A stretch of DNA of 64,000 bases, taken from positions 6,851,579-6,915,578 of the forward strand of contig CM082593.2 of NCBI GenBank assembly GCA_040954595.2, written 5' to 3'. A program made the translations under genes and the position numbers. The notes beneath the pieces are model-generated. The model did not search any database, had not been told where the DNA came from, and was given only the letters and a program-made list of their open reading frames with translations. Origin of the DNA: Balanoglossus misakiensis (lineage: Eukaryota; Animalia; Hemichordata). Of this stretch, positions 43,532-56,256 are shown piece by piece (position 1 is the stretch's first letter; every line of letters starts with the position of its first letter).

Positions 43532-46500
43532 AACAATAACAAAATTACTGAGTTCCCTGTGTTAAATTAAGATAAGCATGCATAGTCAATCCAGATTTTA
43601 GTCTCAAGTATTTGAATGACTGACACATGGTACTTCAACTAGGCATGACTTCAATGTCACAAGAACACAACAAACAACGTTCCTCATCTATGAACAATCA
43701 TCAATCACATAAATTGATATAGCCAAGACTGGTTTCTTTTGTTGTATATTTTGATAGGTACTGTACTGTACATACCCTTGTTGATTTGGTTTTGACTGTT
43801 TCGTCTTCTTTGCTTTCTTCTTCTCTTTTCTCGTCTGTTTCTTCTTCTTCTATTTCATCTTCATCTTCTGATGTAAAGGGCATTGTACTTTGCGTTCTGT
43901 TGCTCAAAGGAATGACTTGTGTGGCCTGTGAAATTAAAATTGAAGAGACAACCCAAATCAATGAACAGACAGCAGTGATTAACGATACAATCAAACCTGA
44001 TAAACTGACAACAGTAATGTTATCTTTGGCTAGATAAACTTGGTGCAGAATGAGTGTGAATAAAACCAAAATATACCAACTAATAATGCAATGGTAAAAT
44101 TATAATTATAATTAATTTTCATGACATCTCTCTGAGACAGAATATTGATTTCATTTTACAATCTCAATCATTTCATCATCTTTCATTTATCAAGTAGTTA
44201 CACATCATTCAATTTACTGGGACATTTTAATTACTGTAGTTCTAAATGCTGCTCACGTTTCGAGACATAATGTAGATAATCACAGTCCCTCCATACACTG
44301 AGAAAATACAGCAAGACAATTTTAATTGTGAGTAATGTCATCTGTAGCTATTACAAGGATAAGGCAGACTTTATATGGGCCAGGGGGGGGGGGGGGGTAG
44401 AGTTACTCCCATCCCATAGAAAAGCTGTCCAGAATGTGTTAGTCTAGTCAAATGAATTAACTCAACTTCACATCTTTTGGCCAAGACGCAGGACACACTT
44501 CGGGGATTCGAGTCTGATAGTCGGTCTGGCTGTGGCTACATTTTTTGTGTGGGTCAATTTCAATTGTCACAAAATGACTTTGGCCTCCCTCAGTGACACG
44601 GACACTTGTCACGGACACTGGGACAGAATCTGTTACAAAGAAATCTTGCTGACTCTGCAGTAGTGTGGGTCTCACTGACCATTATAATCGCCGGTTTGAA
44701 ATCTGATACACCGTAAACACAGCTTCAGTAAACCAATCAGTTCTCCAATCGATTCAGCGCGCTAAAACGTGTGATATTGGTAACACAGCCTCTGTAATGT
44801 GAATCCAGTATGACAGTGTTCCTACGTGCAATTTCGGTAAATACTGTAAAACAGGTTATTTTCGTGAGCAATACATTTTCGCGAAATACGCAAGAGCCAA
44901 ACAAAAACGTGAAAATAAAAAGTCGCGTAAAATGTTTTTTGGCGCTAACGATGCAGTTATAGTGAAATACGAGAACGTGAAAAACATTCCTTGCGTAACA
45001 GTTGCTTCTTCTGATATCACGAAAATTTCCTGTTGCGAAAATTACCCGTTTTACAGTACCAAAAAGTAGAGCACAGAATCGCAATGGATGTGTATACGGT
45101 AGTTGTATAAAGACCCACCTTGCGTTTCAACAAAGCCAGATAGAGTAACAATGCATGGTCCTCCACATTCCCACTAATGACATCAGCTGGGCTGTGAATA
45201 CAGATTATAGAGTTTATTCAACCAGAACGGCTTAACTTCCACTGTTAATTATATCAAAACTCATTAGTATGTACATCAGCAAGTATTTCCAAATCATTGT
45301 CTTGCAAATTACAGAAACCTTGTCAGGTGAAAATGTGACCCTGCCAACCAAGGTGAAATCAAATCTACAAAAGTAACGAAATTACACAGAAAAAATTATG
45401 TCCTGTTCACTACACTGCTATAATTGACCAGCACTATCTGTGATGATAATTCAATATTTTACCTCAAAAATGATTTTTTAATTCCAAGTTTGTCTTCAGC
45501 TTCAATCAAAGCATTTGTCAAATTCATAACATGCTTCTCCTGAAAATTAAAAAAAAAATTAAATAAATTTCTCTGAACTGTAATGATGGATGACAGCAGT
45601 CTGACATAGATAAATTGTTGAACTGCAAGGTACATTGTAAACATTTTTTCTGACATCTGTTGAGTTTGCGTTTTTAAGTGAATTCTGTCTGTCTGTCTGT
45701 CTGTCCGTCTCTCTTTCAACCTCAAAAGAAAAGCTGCTTTTTTTCAAGATTTAACTCTGACCTACCTCATTATTATCACGGAAATCAAAAGGACAGAATT
45801 TATAGATCAAACTAGAGAGGTAGTTGTTGTTACAGAAACTGCAAAAAAAAAAACACACACACACAAAATAACAGGAAAATTAACTCTTTCCAAGACTTTG
45901 TCAGAATTAATTTGTTGATGTTCACAGAACTATTCTGATTTTACATCTAGAAAAGGATGCTCAGAAGTTTTTAATTCTTTGCACTTTCTCAGGAACGAAT
46001 GATGTATGCACTTTGTTCACTTTGATAGGGAGTCATTTCATAATCACATTCAGACGTCGACAATATTGAGTAATGCAAACATAAATACACAAAGGCCCCC
46101 TAGTGTGCCAAGACACAGGGTGCATATGCTCAGTCATTTAAAAGTCTATTACTGTCAAACAAACAATATTACATTATTTTTTATATAATTGCTTAGTATT
46201 TTATAATGTGTGTATAAGAACTCACTTGACTGCTAATGTTGTGTTCGGATCTATTTTTGAGTTAGTCAGTTCTTCGCCGCACCATTGGAGTAGAAGTTTC
46301 TTTCCAATCCACACGGTTCTCTGATAAGATGTTCTCGCTGCCAAAAAATAAAGTAATTTTTCAACATAGGTATGGCCAGCTTCTAAATCACTGACCAGAT
46401 ATCTACCCCTGCAAACTTGTGCGTGACACCCATAGGATTTCAGATAGCTGACCCAATAGAGACTATATACACACATCTCTGGAGAAAACTTGCAGTCACT

Positions 46501-49500
46501 GATTTTTGACAACTTCACTGGCGATAGCTCACTTCAAGAAGCCTGTTTCTATGTGTATCCACAAAATATAGTCATACAGACTAAAATTGACTGCTAGACA
46601 TTAAAACTATCGATGGCTTGACCCAGAAATCGAGTATCCTTGGAAAAGCTCGTAACGACACCAAACTTGATCCACATACCTTGTGTGTGTATCGTAAAAT
46701 GCAGAATCAATGCCCACATCACATCCAGAATCCCCTTCAATTCACCATCAACAATGGCTAATAATAATAAAACACAAAAGACATTAAGAGCTGTTAGACC
46801 CCTGCTCCAGCATGTCTTTGTCATCAAGTTTTATTTTACGACACTTAATCAGACAGTTACACCTTAACATTAAATTGAAGATGAAGACATTGAATGGCCA
46901 AACTCAAGTTGATGTCTGAATTTTGGCCACTGGTGGCGCTAGCATGTTCTATCCATGTCCAAATACGGAGGTTCAAAGCACATATTACCGCAGTTATAGT
47001 AATTCTTAAATACAACTTTATGTGCATTTCACACATAACAATGTATATTTTAGGCTTCATTGTTACTTTGACTTTCAATTCTGACCTTTTGCCGTTGTTT
47101 TCACTTGAACGTTCCTCTCCAGGAGATAATCAAGAACCGCCTGCACTGTAACCATGGCATCCTGATTAGCTGGGCCCTGTCAGAGGAAAGACAGATTTCA
47201 ACATTTCATCAGATTCTCAGGCAGATGAAAATCAGATGTTGAGTTGGCTCGATCTTTGTATTTGATGGTTCTTACCAAGAGAGTTTCTGAAACTGTCTCT
47301 TCAATCAACTGCTGCTTTTCATCCCTCACACACAAATGATTTCAATTTTACATTTTGTTTCTCGAGATGGCCGTCTGTAAAACTTGGACTGACAATCCTT
47401 ATGAAGTCATTTTCCCCCCAAAAAATATTTCAGAGTCCTCCGTTACTCACGTGTGTCTCATCTTGCAGTGAGCTACCATTTAACAGATCAAGTAACTTGC
47501 AGAAAACTTTGCCATCTCGCAACTGGTGGAATCCATCAATGATGTCATCATCTTCGTGCAAAATGCTGTTGGCCCAGCCAAGGTACATCTGGGTACAAAA
47601 CATTGTTATTCCCATTTAAAGGGGCACATTGAGTTTAGTGAATTAACATTAAATCCATGTGAATTTGGTCTTGGTGCATCACTAAACACTGTAGGACAAA
47701 AATCAATGGGGAAACACTGGTTTGATCAATTTTGCTCCAAAAACCAAAACCAAACCAGACCATCAGTATGTAACTGCATTTTTTTATAAAATGTAGGCAG
47801 CTAAACTGAAATACAATACGTCACGATATGAACTTTGTCCTGATGTACATTTAAATACAGCCCTCTGATCAGCAATTGCTGCAGATCAGTATTTTATTAA
47901 ACTAAACTAAAAATGTCAACTACTTGTAAAAAGGCATGCTCAACATACAAATTTAGCTGCTCATAATTCTCCAGAGTTGACAACTCATGCTGTGTCAATA
48001 TAAGCACTTTGTCACACAACTATATTAATATCAGCTTCAATTAATAGTATTCTGGTGACAGGATATGGGTCTATATTGAAATGAAATATTAGATTAGCGT
48101 CAGATTGAGCAATTTCCTGGACGGAATGGCCAGCAATGTAGGGTTGATGGAATTTTATATATACATCAATTCCCTGACTGAAAGAGGAATCATTTGTGGA
48201 GAGGTGTTGTTTCTGGGGGTTGTTCACTTGTGGTATTTTGGGATCAAGACATGGCATTGGAAGATGAATGGCTAGGGAGTGGGAAAATGCAAAAAAAAAA
48301 AAAAACTGGAGAGAAAGTGTGAAGGAACAAGGAGAAAATTAATATGTAGAACAAATTTTACAGAATTGTCACTTACTTACTAATTAGTATTATAATATAC
48401 CTCATGCTAATACTGTGCCGTGATTCGCCAGAATCCGTCACGTGATAGGAAAATAGAATCGACTAAGAACCGCTAGGGAAATAGCAGAACAAATATAAAC
48501 TGGTCACGTGACCAACGTGAGTGCGCAGACTCGGTCACGACAATCAGCGTCGCGTCGTCTGACACAATGGCCACCGCGGAAGATGTCGTCTGCCAACCTC
48601 AAGAGAAAATTGCAAGATTTTCCCAGCTGTTAGCATGAGGTTAATTATAAAACACCTATAGCCTGGCCTATATTCGGGCCATAGCAGCCGTTTTTACCCC
48701 CTCGTGACTGTGAGTTACCAGAATCATATGCTATTTCCCTCAGCCTGCGGCCTCGGGAAATAGCATATGATTCTGGTAACTCACAGCCCCTCGGGTGTAA
48801 TAAACGGCCGCTATGGCCCTCATGGCCAGGCAATAGGTGTTCATTATAAACTGTCATAGGGCTATTTTTCTGTATAATATATCAAATTTATAATTAGTAC
48901 CCTTACAAATTCAAAATCAATATACTGCCACTGGTGAATGCAAATATCAATCTCAAAACACTTACAGACTGAAGTTTTTTTTTTTTTTTTCAATTAACCT
49001 TTAAAATTTGTTCCCAAGTTATGTGTATCATAAATATTTTTCAGTCAATATAATACTGTGTTACAGGAATATGAACATAAAACTGCCATTGTAAGCTATG
49101 ACTGTGTGGTATTTCAAATTCTAGTCCCCAAGCTGCTATATTTCTATTGTCAGGGATGAATGAACACTTCAAATCTGTTTCCATGGTGACGTCACAGCTG
49201 CGATATCCAAGCATATTTTTTTAAATGTCACAGATCGCAATGATTCCCCACTGATCATCAAAATGCAATGAACTTTATCAGTGTTTCTATTTTTTTTCCA
49301 CTTCAAAATTAGCTTGTTAGCTTCTTGGCACAAATTCAAATCATCTGCTACCAAACCATGACAACTAATTCAATGTTTGGCATAAGCCTATTTGTTTGTT
49401 TGTTCAGCCTTTATTTGCAAGAAATTATCCAAAGCCTATGGTATTTACGTGGTATTGACACAATATTTAGTTTTTTGATCTTATATAAACCTTGCTTCAC

Positions 49501-50619
49501 ATTTTCCCTGGCACTAGTACAAATGTGATATTTTTAATACAAATAGGCTATGCCTCTTATAGATAATACCAGGTTAACCCCTGACCGGGTCAAAGGTCGC
49601 AAAACACACGCCAACACCCCACACAGTTGTTAGGGTCTATGGCGTCCATTGACGGTTTTACCGGGATACTAAACACATATTGATTACCAATCAGTGTAAC
49701 TCTTAAAACAGACAGAGGCTATTCTATTGATCTCGGGATAATTTACAGTGTTAGCCTGGCCTAACTATTGTGTTTCAAAGTTTTGTTATGGGAACACATG
49801 AGGACATGTTAGGTCAACGCTGTATACGGACGCAACCTAGAAATACTGTTGAAAATTTGCATTAAAGGCCTGGCTTCTAATCCCAGGGTTCCTCCCAAGA
49901 GCCATTTAAGATTTCAATGGCCTGAGTTCCTAACTCATGCTTTTCTAATTTTTTTTTTTTTTTACAAAATCAAAGCCATACATCCCTCCATAGTTCAGGA
50001 AATCATATTTTTATTTCCATTGGTCAAACACAAGAATTGCTTGATCCCTATATTCTGTGTACCCCTACATTTTACACGAGAAATTGCTTCAAATTATTAA
50101 AAGGCCAAGTTTCAGAGCCACATGAAACAAACAAGCAACTTGTAACACACACATAGAGGAGAAATAACACATAGAGGAGAAATTGTTAATGAATTATAAA
50201 CTTTTTTTTTCTGGGAAATTAAAAATCTATTTTCTTACAGTGTGTAGAGAAATAACCAGTGATTTGCAATACAGAAATTGTGATTTGTTATATCTTCCTG
50301 AAATAAGGATGATTTTGTTCAATCATACTTACAAAATTAATTTACCATTAATGCTTAAAGGAAATGCAAAACTCATTATAAATGCTACTCAACTGTTTAA
50401 GATATTCCTTCATAATCTTACTAGAAGTAGAACCACTTTTGGACTTGAGAGGCTAAAATTGAGTGGACAGATTTTAGACTTATTCAGCCTATTAAAAGGC
50501 ATTATTTTTCATGATGTGGCCAATAGAGTGTACAAAAAGAAGATAAAACGTTGTCGCTAAGAATATTTGTGTCACATAGGCACACAGTAACATACCTGCA
50601 GTACAGAGCTGAAGGCCAT
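33315..50619 (-). CDS. Uncharacterised tandem calponin-homology (actin-binding domain) + coiled-coil protein, about 1597 aa
   Basis: Exons 50619-50596, 47588-47451, 47176-47086, 46757-46680, 46337-46226, 45838-45766, 45539-45463, 45191-45119, 43925-43776, 39991-39926, 39145-38965 and 37045-33315; 4794 nt, phase-consistent. CH1: MYLGWANSIL..QLRDGKVFCKLLDLLNG..VQAVLDYL..AIVDGELKGILDVMWALILHF. CH2: KKLLLQWC..NLTNALIEAEDKLGI..SPADVISGNVEDHALLLYLALL. Then an acidic linker, a heptad-rich coiled coil and an S/T/Y-rich disordered tail. Additional cassette exons cannot be excluded. Confidence 0.85.
37144..37328. mobile_element. Kolobok-like MITE family A, full-length copy
   Basis: TTAA-AGGTATACGGTCACC..GGTGACTGTGTACCT-TTAA. 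Confidence 0.8.
42274..43561. mobile_element. Foldback element, 1288 bp, 576/555-bp TIRs, 7-bp TSD (P-superfamily/Galileo-like)
   Basis: Arms 42274-42849 and 43007-43561 are near-perfect reverse complements (about 3 substitutions plus different (TTG)n/(CAA)n lengths) around a 157-bp spacer. Termini CACAGGGAACTCAG..CTGAGTTCCCTGTG. TTAAATT duplicated at 42267-42273 and 43562-43568. The superfamily call is inference. Confidence 0.9.
44844..45056. mobile_element. Tc1/mariner-like MITE, 213 bp
   Basis: TA|CTGTAAAACAGGTTATTTTCG..CGAAAATTACCCGTTTTACAG|TA, with internal (C/G)GTGAAAA/CGCGAAA repeats. Confidence 0.75.
48390..48849. mobile_element. Two-module TTATAA-delimited element (TIR module + palindrome module), Crypton-like
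   Basis: TTATAA at 48390, 48645 and 48844. Module A is bounded by ACCTCATGCTAA / TTAGCATGAGGT. Module B is an imperfect palindrome of about 200 bp centred on CCTCAGCCTGCGGCCTCGG. The structure is seen directly; the family call is inference. Confidence 0.65.
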
Positions 50620-52699
50620 TATGATCGTCTACATCTGTCTTCACCCGTCGAACATACCTACTTCCCGCTGCAAAACACGAGCAAAGAAACAACAATCACG
50701 ACTGCAATTCAAAAGGTGATGTCTGACAAGAAAAGGTGTGTACAGACGAACGCTGGACAGGCTAGAGCTGATACAAACACCGACAACAAACTATTTGGCA
50801 CCTTGACAAGTCCAACAAAAGGGGAAACTCCCATATGCATTCACCTGTGAGTAGACATCAATGGTGGTCAAACTTCTCTTTCTGTCGGTCGACAGACCCA
50901 GAAAGGCGTAATGTCTGAATTTATTCGAAAAGATAATTGGAACTCATGCACTCCGATAGACTCGAGTGATTTTTACTTTTCTGAGTTACGGGTGCGCCAA
51001 AACAGGTTCAGTTTTGTGAAAATAATAGGACCAAAGCTATACAAGTTAAAACTAAATATGTTTTCATATATATTTTTCTTTGTGAAGGCTCTGTCTTAAA
51101 ATTGAACATTAAAATGCCCAGGGATTTCTGCAAGTGAAATGTTAATATAATATCAAACAAATATATAAGAGACTTAGAATAATACTAAAAATAATTTTGG
51201 TATTATAAATTGCAAAAAAACTCCATTCATGAAACCCAATCCTAAAGAATGAGGTACTGATTTTTTTAAAACAAAAATTATGCAAATATAAAAAGTCACA
51301 CATTATACACTGAAAATTTAACAATTATTGATAGAAAATTTATGAAGTTTTTTTCGAAATGTGGCGCCACTATACGAAGATTTAAAACTTGCCCATAGCA
51401 CAACCCCCTACACACTGAACACCTCTGGAATGTGTAACACTGCCAGCTAGATCTACTGTTGTTAACACAATAATCTTTGTGTACGAAACATGTGAACTAC
51501 AAGCCCGAGACAAGCATGTACAAACATCCCCATTAGAATACTGGGATCTCACCTCTGCATGGCGTACCAAAAATTTCCACAGGAATACTGCTAATTAGTC
51601 CCGTCCTGTGCAAGAAATGGCACAACTTTTATGGAGATGTCGTTTTTTGCTTCTCAGTGCCTTGTCTTTGTAGAATAGAAGCAGGCCTTTCAGTTGTAAA
51701 GTAATTACCCTAAGTAGTTTTACCGGTCATTCATGGACATGTAGTGACTTGTTGAATAGAAACGGTGCTCTTGCAGAGTGTCAGTTTATAATATCCTTCA
51801 GTTATCCCCAAGTGATGATTGGCCTATTCAGCCGATTATATGCTTAGGAAGAGGATTTTTACGACAAAAAAGGTAAATTTTTCGTCAAGGAATAATAAAA
51901 TCCGAAAGTGCACCACTGGAGTCTTAACCACATTTAGCAACTGTAAAGTTACTGAAAAACTATGCTGGTATGATTATCGGTGGTAGTTGACATTGTGTTG
52001 GCATGGCAACATAGATATTCAAAAGAAACAAGTATGAGCTACATAAATATGTTTTATTCCTGACAGCATGCGGGCATGGAAATTCTTTACTTCTGATAGC
52101 ACAACAGAAATGGAATATTTTGTCTATGGCAACTTGTCAAATTCAATAGCGATTCAACAAGTTCAACAATTACTGTCCGCTATCATATCAAGATAATGAC
52201 TGTAACCTTGGTAAAACTTTAACGAAGTTATATACTGCCGCGCAAAAATTAAACTGGTCCGTCACAAACTTTGAACCCTTGTTTATATACGGACCGAGTG
52301 TAACGTGTCTCTACAAACAATTTAATTTTCGTTCGGCCTTTATCCCAGATCGGTCAAAAATGAAATGGTGGTTGTCGTAAAAAATACCCATTCTAGTGTA
52401 CAATGAACCCATTTTGCCCGGAGACGTAAAAAGTCAAACAGTCAACAAGACTCTTCAAAACACGACATGCAGAAACGTGTCCCTCCCCCACCTAGCACCT
52501 CCACTCCCAGACCTCCACTGTGCGATCCCCCGGGGTTCGTGGTTTGAAGGCCGGTGTTTAAATTAAAAAGGCCGAAAATAGTTATTTTAACAGTCTGAAA
52601 GAGTCTGGCTAGATTTACGCGATCAACGACACGAACCTCAGTTACAGATCAAAGTCATACTCCTTTCAGATCGTACTCGCACGTTGACCATCGTTTTAA

Positions 52700-53685
52700 G
52701 GTAGTTGGAAAGGCTATTTTTGAAGCAAATTCTCTCAATGTTTGTGAATTTATTTTCACAAGTTAGAATAAAGATAATGACTTGAAATTTGCAGCATGTG
52801 TTCTTAACAAACTAAAAAGTGAGGGAAAAATATGACTGTAAAAATATCTGCTAAAATTATGAAATTTGATACGCCTAAATATAAATATTCATAATTTTAC
52901 AAAATATTGATTGAATCTTGACATGTTTTCACAAATTATTGAATAATTTGTATTCATTTTAATATGAAGCAACCCCTCCAGCAATGTATGGGACACTTTC
53001 AGCAAAAACTTATTTTTTTCAAAGTTATCACTCAGGAAAACACAGTTTTTGTTGATATTTTGTATACAACTTTAACGTGCTGCCAAAACACAACGGGAAA
53101 ACTTATGAAAAAACTGTCCCGTAAAATTGTTCTTTGGGATGTCCCGAGCCTTTCCTGAAAGTTTCATGATAAAAAAAATATCTGGCATACCTATTCAATC
53201 ACAAATAAAAACCATTACATTATGGCGAAGGGCAGAAAAGTAGCGAAATACGCAAAGTTTAGCGGCAGTTCACGGCGAAGGATCGCATTTATCTGGGTCA
53301 AACGCTTTTCCGCTGGCTTTTCGGGTTCTCTAGAAATGCAAAAATGTCCATAATTTGGCAGCCTTTAATAAACAAGCAAGGTTATCTATCGTTGAAAATT
53401 GCAAGAATCAGTGTTTGCAAGTTACATTTAAATGCCCTTGGCTAGGGGAACCCGTCCTTGTGCGCATAGCCTAGGAGAAGTCTTCCCCTAGAGGGCGCTC
53501 AAATAAGGCTCCCTAGCTTCCTTGCCAGATGAATGAAATTAGGTATCATAAAACCAGCCATATCTTGTTACACGTTTATTGCCCCGAATTTTTTATGAGT
53601 TTAATTTTTCTCTAATACATTTCTAGATATAAATTCAGTGTTTTTAAATGAAATTTTAACTGACGCCCTAGCCTTTCCAACTACC
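52700..53685. mobile_element. Non-autonomous Kolobok-like transposon, 986 bp
   Basis: TTAA|GGTAGTTGGAAAGGCTA..TAGCCTTTCCAACTACC|TTAA: perfect 17-bp TIR with TTAA TSD. Confidence 0.85.
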
Positions 53686-53795
53686 TTAAGTGGAAGTGAT
53701 CAATCGATATGTACATAGCCCTTCACACGTTCTTATATACAAACCCCGGACTGGTGTCAGAAATCATTAAAGTTTTTCGCGGCTTAAATACTTAC

Positions 53796-54030
53796 CAATG
53801 AACTTTCCAGTGAGATCGCTACACTCTATAGTACTACAGTTGTTAGAACACTAGGCCGATTAATCACAATAGGGAAAACAGCTGACATAAACAAACGGCC
53901 ATGTTGAATTATGGATGAACTCCGCGCTAAATCGCTTTTATGGGCGCGCTCCAAGCGTCCGCAGTCCGCGCGCGCGCCACGCGCGGGTCAGACGCGAAGG
54001 GGGCGCACTTGTCAACCCGCCAGCACGTAC
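53796..54030 (-). promoter_or_regulatory. Probable promoter and non-coding first exon of the CH/coiled-coil gene
   Basis: CpG/GCGC-rich patch at 53920-54030, a minus-strand AACATGGCC YY1-like motif, and a strong donor TTG|GTAAGT at 53795 upstream of acceptor TTTGCAG| at 50667. Confidence 0.5.
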
Positions 54031-54109
54031 GTAACTTCAAGTCAACAAAGTTTGACAAAATTAACTTTTGAACATTATCTACATCAAAAGTATACTTTTT
54101 CACCATTGT

Positions 54110-54266
54110 GACATATCAGTCAAACTTTGTTCACCACAAAGCAGAAACTCTTTGTCCGTCGACGTCCGTGCTGCGCTGGTAGTGATGGTAGCGACATATC
54201 AGTCAAACAGTTCTGAGTTCAACACAAAGCAGAAACTCTTTGTCCGTCCGTGCTGGTAGTGATGGT
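54110..54266. repeat. Imperfect tandem duplication of about 80 bp
   Basis: GACATATCAGTCAAAC..ACAAAGCAGAAACTCTTTGTCCGTC..GCTGGTAGTGATGGT at 54110-54189 and 54193-54266. Confidence 0.8.
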
Positions 54267-56256
54267 TTTTAAATTTCTGTATAAATCAGTAATGAACAAC
54301 GAGACCATATCAACTTTTTTTCTGTCGTTTTTCTTTAATTAACAATATCAACTGGACGATAGAAATCTATTTATAATGTAATACGCACACTTTCTTTGCA
54401 ATGTCTTGGTTCGTGGCTGCATTTGGAAAAATGCCATCAACGATCAAGAGCTTTTGTAGTAGTCTTTTCCAATTCTCAGACTGTCTTTGATGCTGTACTT
54501 GGAAGTTTTGGCCTCAGTCAAAAAAATCTTGTTAAACATTCGAGACAATTTAATTTTCACAATATAGTGATGTACATGATACCACAGTCCAAGTTAAAAG
54601 TACATTGCCATATACTCAAAGTTTTGTAAATTAATTTAATGGATCTATGAAGTTTTCAGGCAAGCTACACTGCTATCATGTGCAATTTTTCAGGGAAATT
54701 CAATGTTTTAAATACTGTGAGTGTACTGAAAGCAAAAGCGTGACAAGTTTATATATATGCGGGCATTGAACAATAAAATTGATAGTTGTTTGTAGAACGA
54801 AACTATTGTACATGAACTTATTAATTGCGTGTACGACTTCGAGCTCACAGACGGCATGTATGTTAGCGCCCTCAGTGGCGAAATAGCAGAATACGTACAG
54901 TCCACGAGAAACCATACACACGTGCACTCTTATTGTGTTGATTTTTTACGGCAACAATCATAGGATTTGGTAACAGAATAAAAATTAAATGAGCCTTTAT
55001 TTTTCATGGTAAAATCAAACAATCAAACAAAAACTTGCATCTTACAATCATGTAGCATTATCTTTTAAAGAAAAATCACATTTCGTTAATTTTCATATAA
55101 GATATACTTTAATAAAAGACAGTCTCAAACATCATGCGCAGATATGTAGAAAACAAGCAAGAAGTTGTCTTAAAAGTTTCAGCACTGCATAAAAAAGCTA
55201 AAAATTCTTCCACACTTCATCAATACAATGGTACTCAGGAGTCAAATGGCTGGGAAGGAAAATTCACCAATAGTTGCCTTTGTACTCAAATTGAAAGCCT
55301 GATGATATTAGTTAGCTCTGTATCAGATCATCTTTTCATTGTACCTGAGATGAGTTTTCATGTTTGAAAAAAAATACTTTACTCTCTTCAGATTTGCAGT
55401 TATACAAGGAATTCAGCCTCCGGGTGTTGAAATATGTATTCTTGTAGTTGGCCTACATGACAGGTCCAATACTCTGCAAATCCTTCAAAACTACCGAACA
55501 TATGTAATTGTCAAGCTTAGTACAGCCCTCTTCGCTTAAAATGTCAATAAAAGAACGACACCTCACAGAAAGCATTATTATGCAACATCAAAAAAGATTA
55601 CGAGCTGATAATAAAACACAGGATTGCATTCCTCACACTAACAGAAGTTATTGCATTGCCAATTTAGAAATTGATATCAAATCCTTAAAAATACAAAAAA
55701 AAAAAACATCCAATACTACAGCACACACAGAATGAACTATGCGCTATGGTAACATGAATTAATTAAAAATGGCTGACTGGAAAGGCTGTGAAGTTGCATG
55801 GGCAATACTCCTACCATTGATATATTTATTTGAGTTGGTGAAATTTGCATAAAGTATTTGAGGTTTATTGGTTTTCATTGAATTTCTGCCAGCACTGCTC
55901 ACAAAAATCATGCTTCTTAATGTTTGCGATCTGTATTTTTTCAACAGACTCACACCAAATCTGCTGTGTGCCTTAACTGTCGATTTTTGAAGTAAAAAAA
56001 GGGTTTTCGTATTAAAAAAATTGCTGCAGGTATATTGGCTTGGACGGCACACTACATCAGTGTTGTGTCATGTTGCGGCACACTACATCAGTAGTGTCAT
56101 GTCATATTGGCTTAGCGTGCACACTGCATCGGTGGTGTGTGATGGCTTAGAGGGCATTCGCAGCTTTCACTGGTGGTTGACAAGATTTCTCAACCGGGCC
56201 ACACTTCATCTCAATTCCACCGTCAGTCAGCGGAACTTCATGGACGCCTTTGCAAA

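Noticed and set aside
42274-43561. CACAG.. terminus suggesting an RSS-like ProtoRAG/Transib TIR
   Set aside because: RAG/Transib elements make 5-bp TSDs. The 5-bp flanks here differ (AAATT versus TTAAA) while a 7-bp duplication is exact. No heptamer-nonamer arrangement or RAG-like ORF is present.
48371-48600. Promoter or first exon for the CH gene (E-boxes, GTAAGT donor at 48380)
   Set aside because: The motifs lie inside the TIR-bounded module A, and an in-frame ATG exon exists upstream at 50619-50596. An alternative promoter is not excluded but is unsupported.
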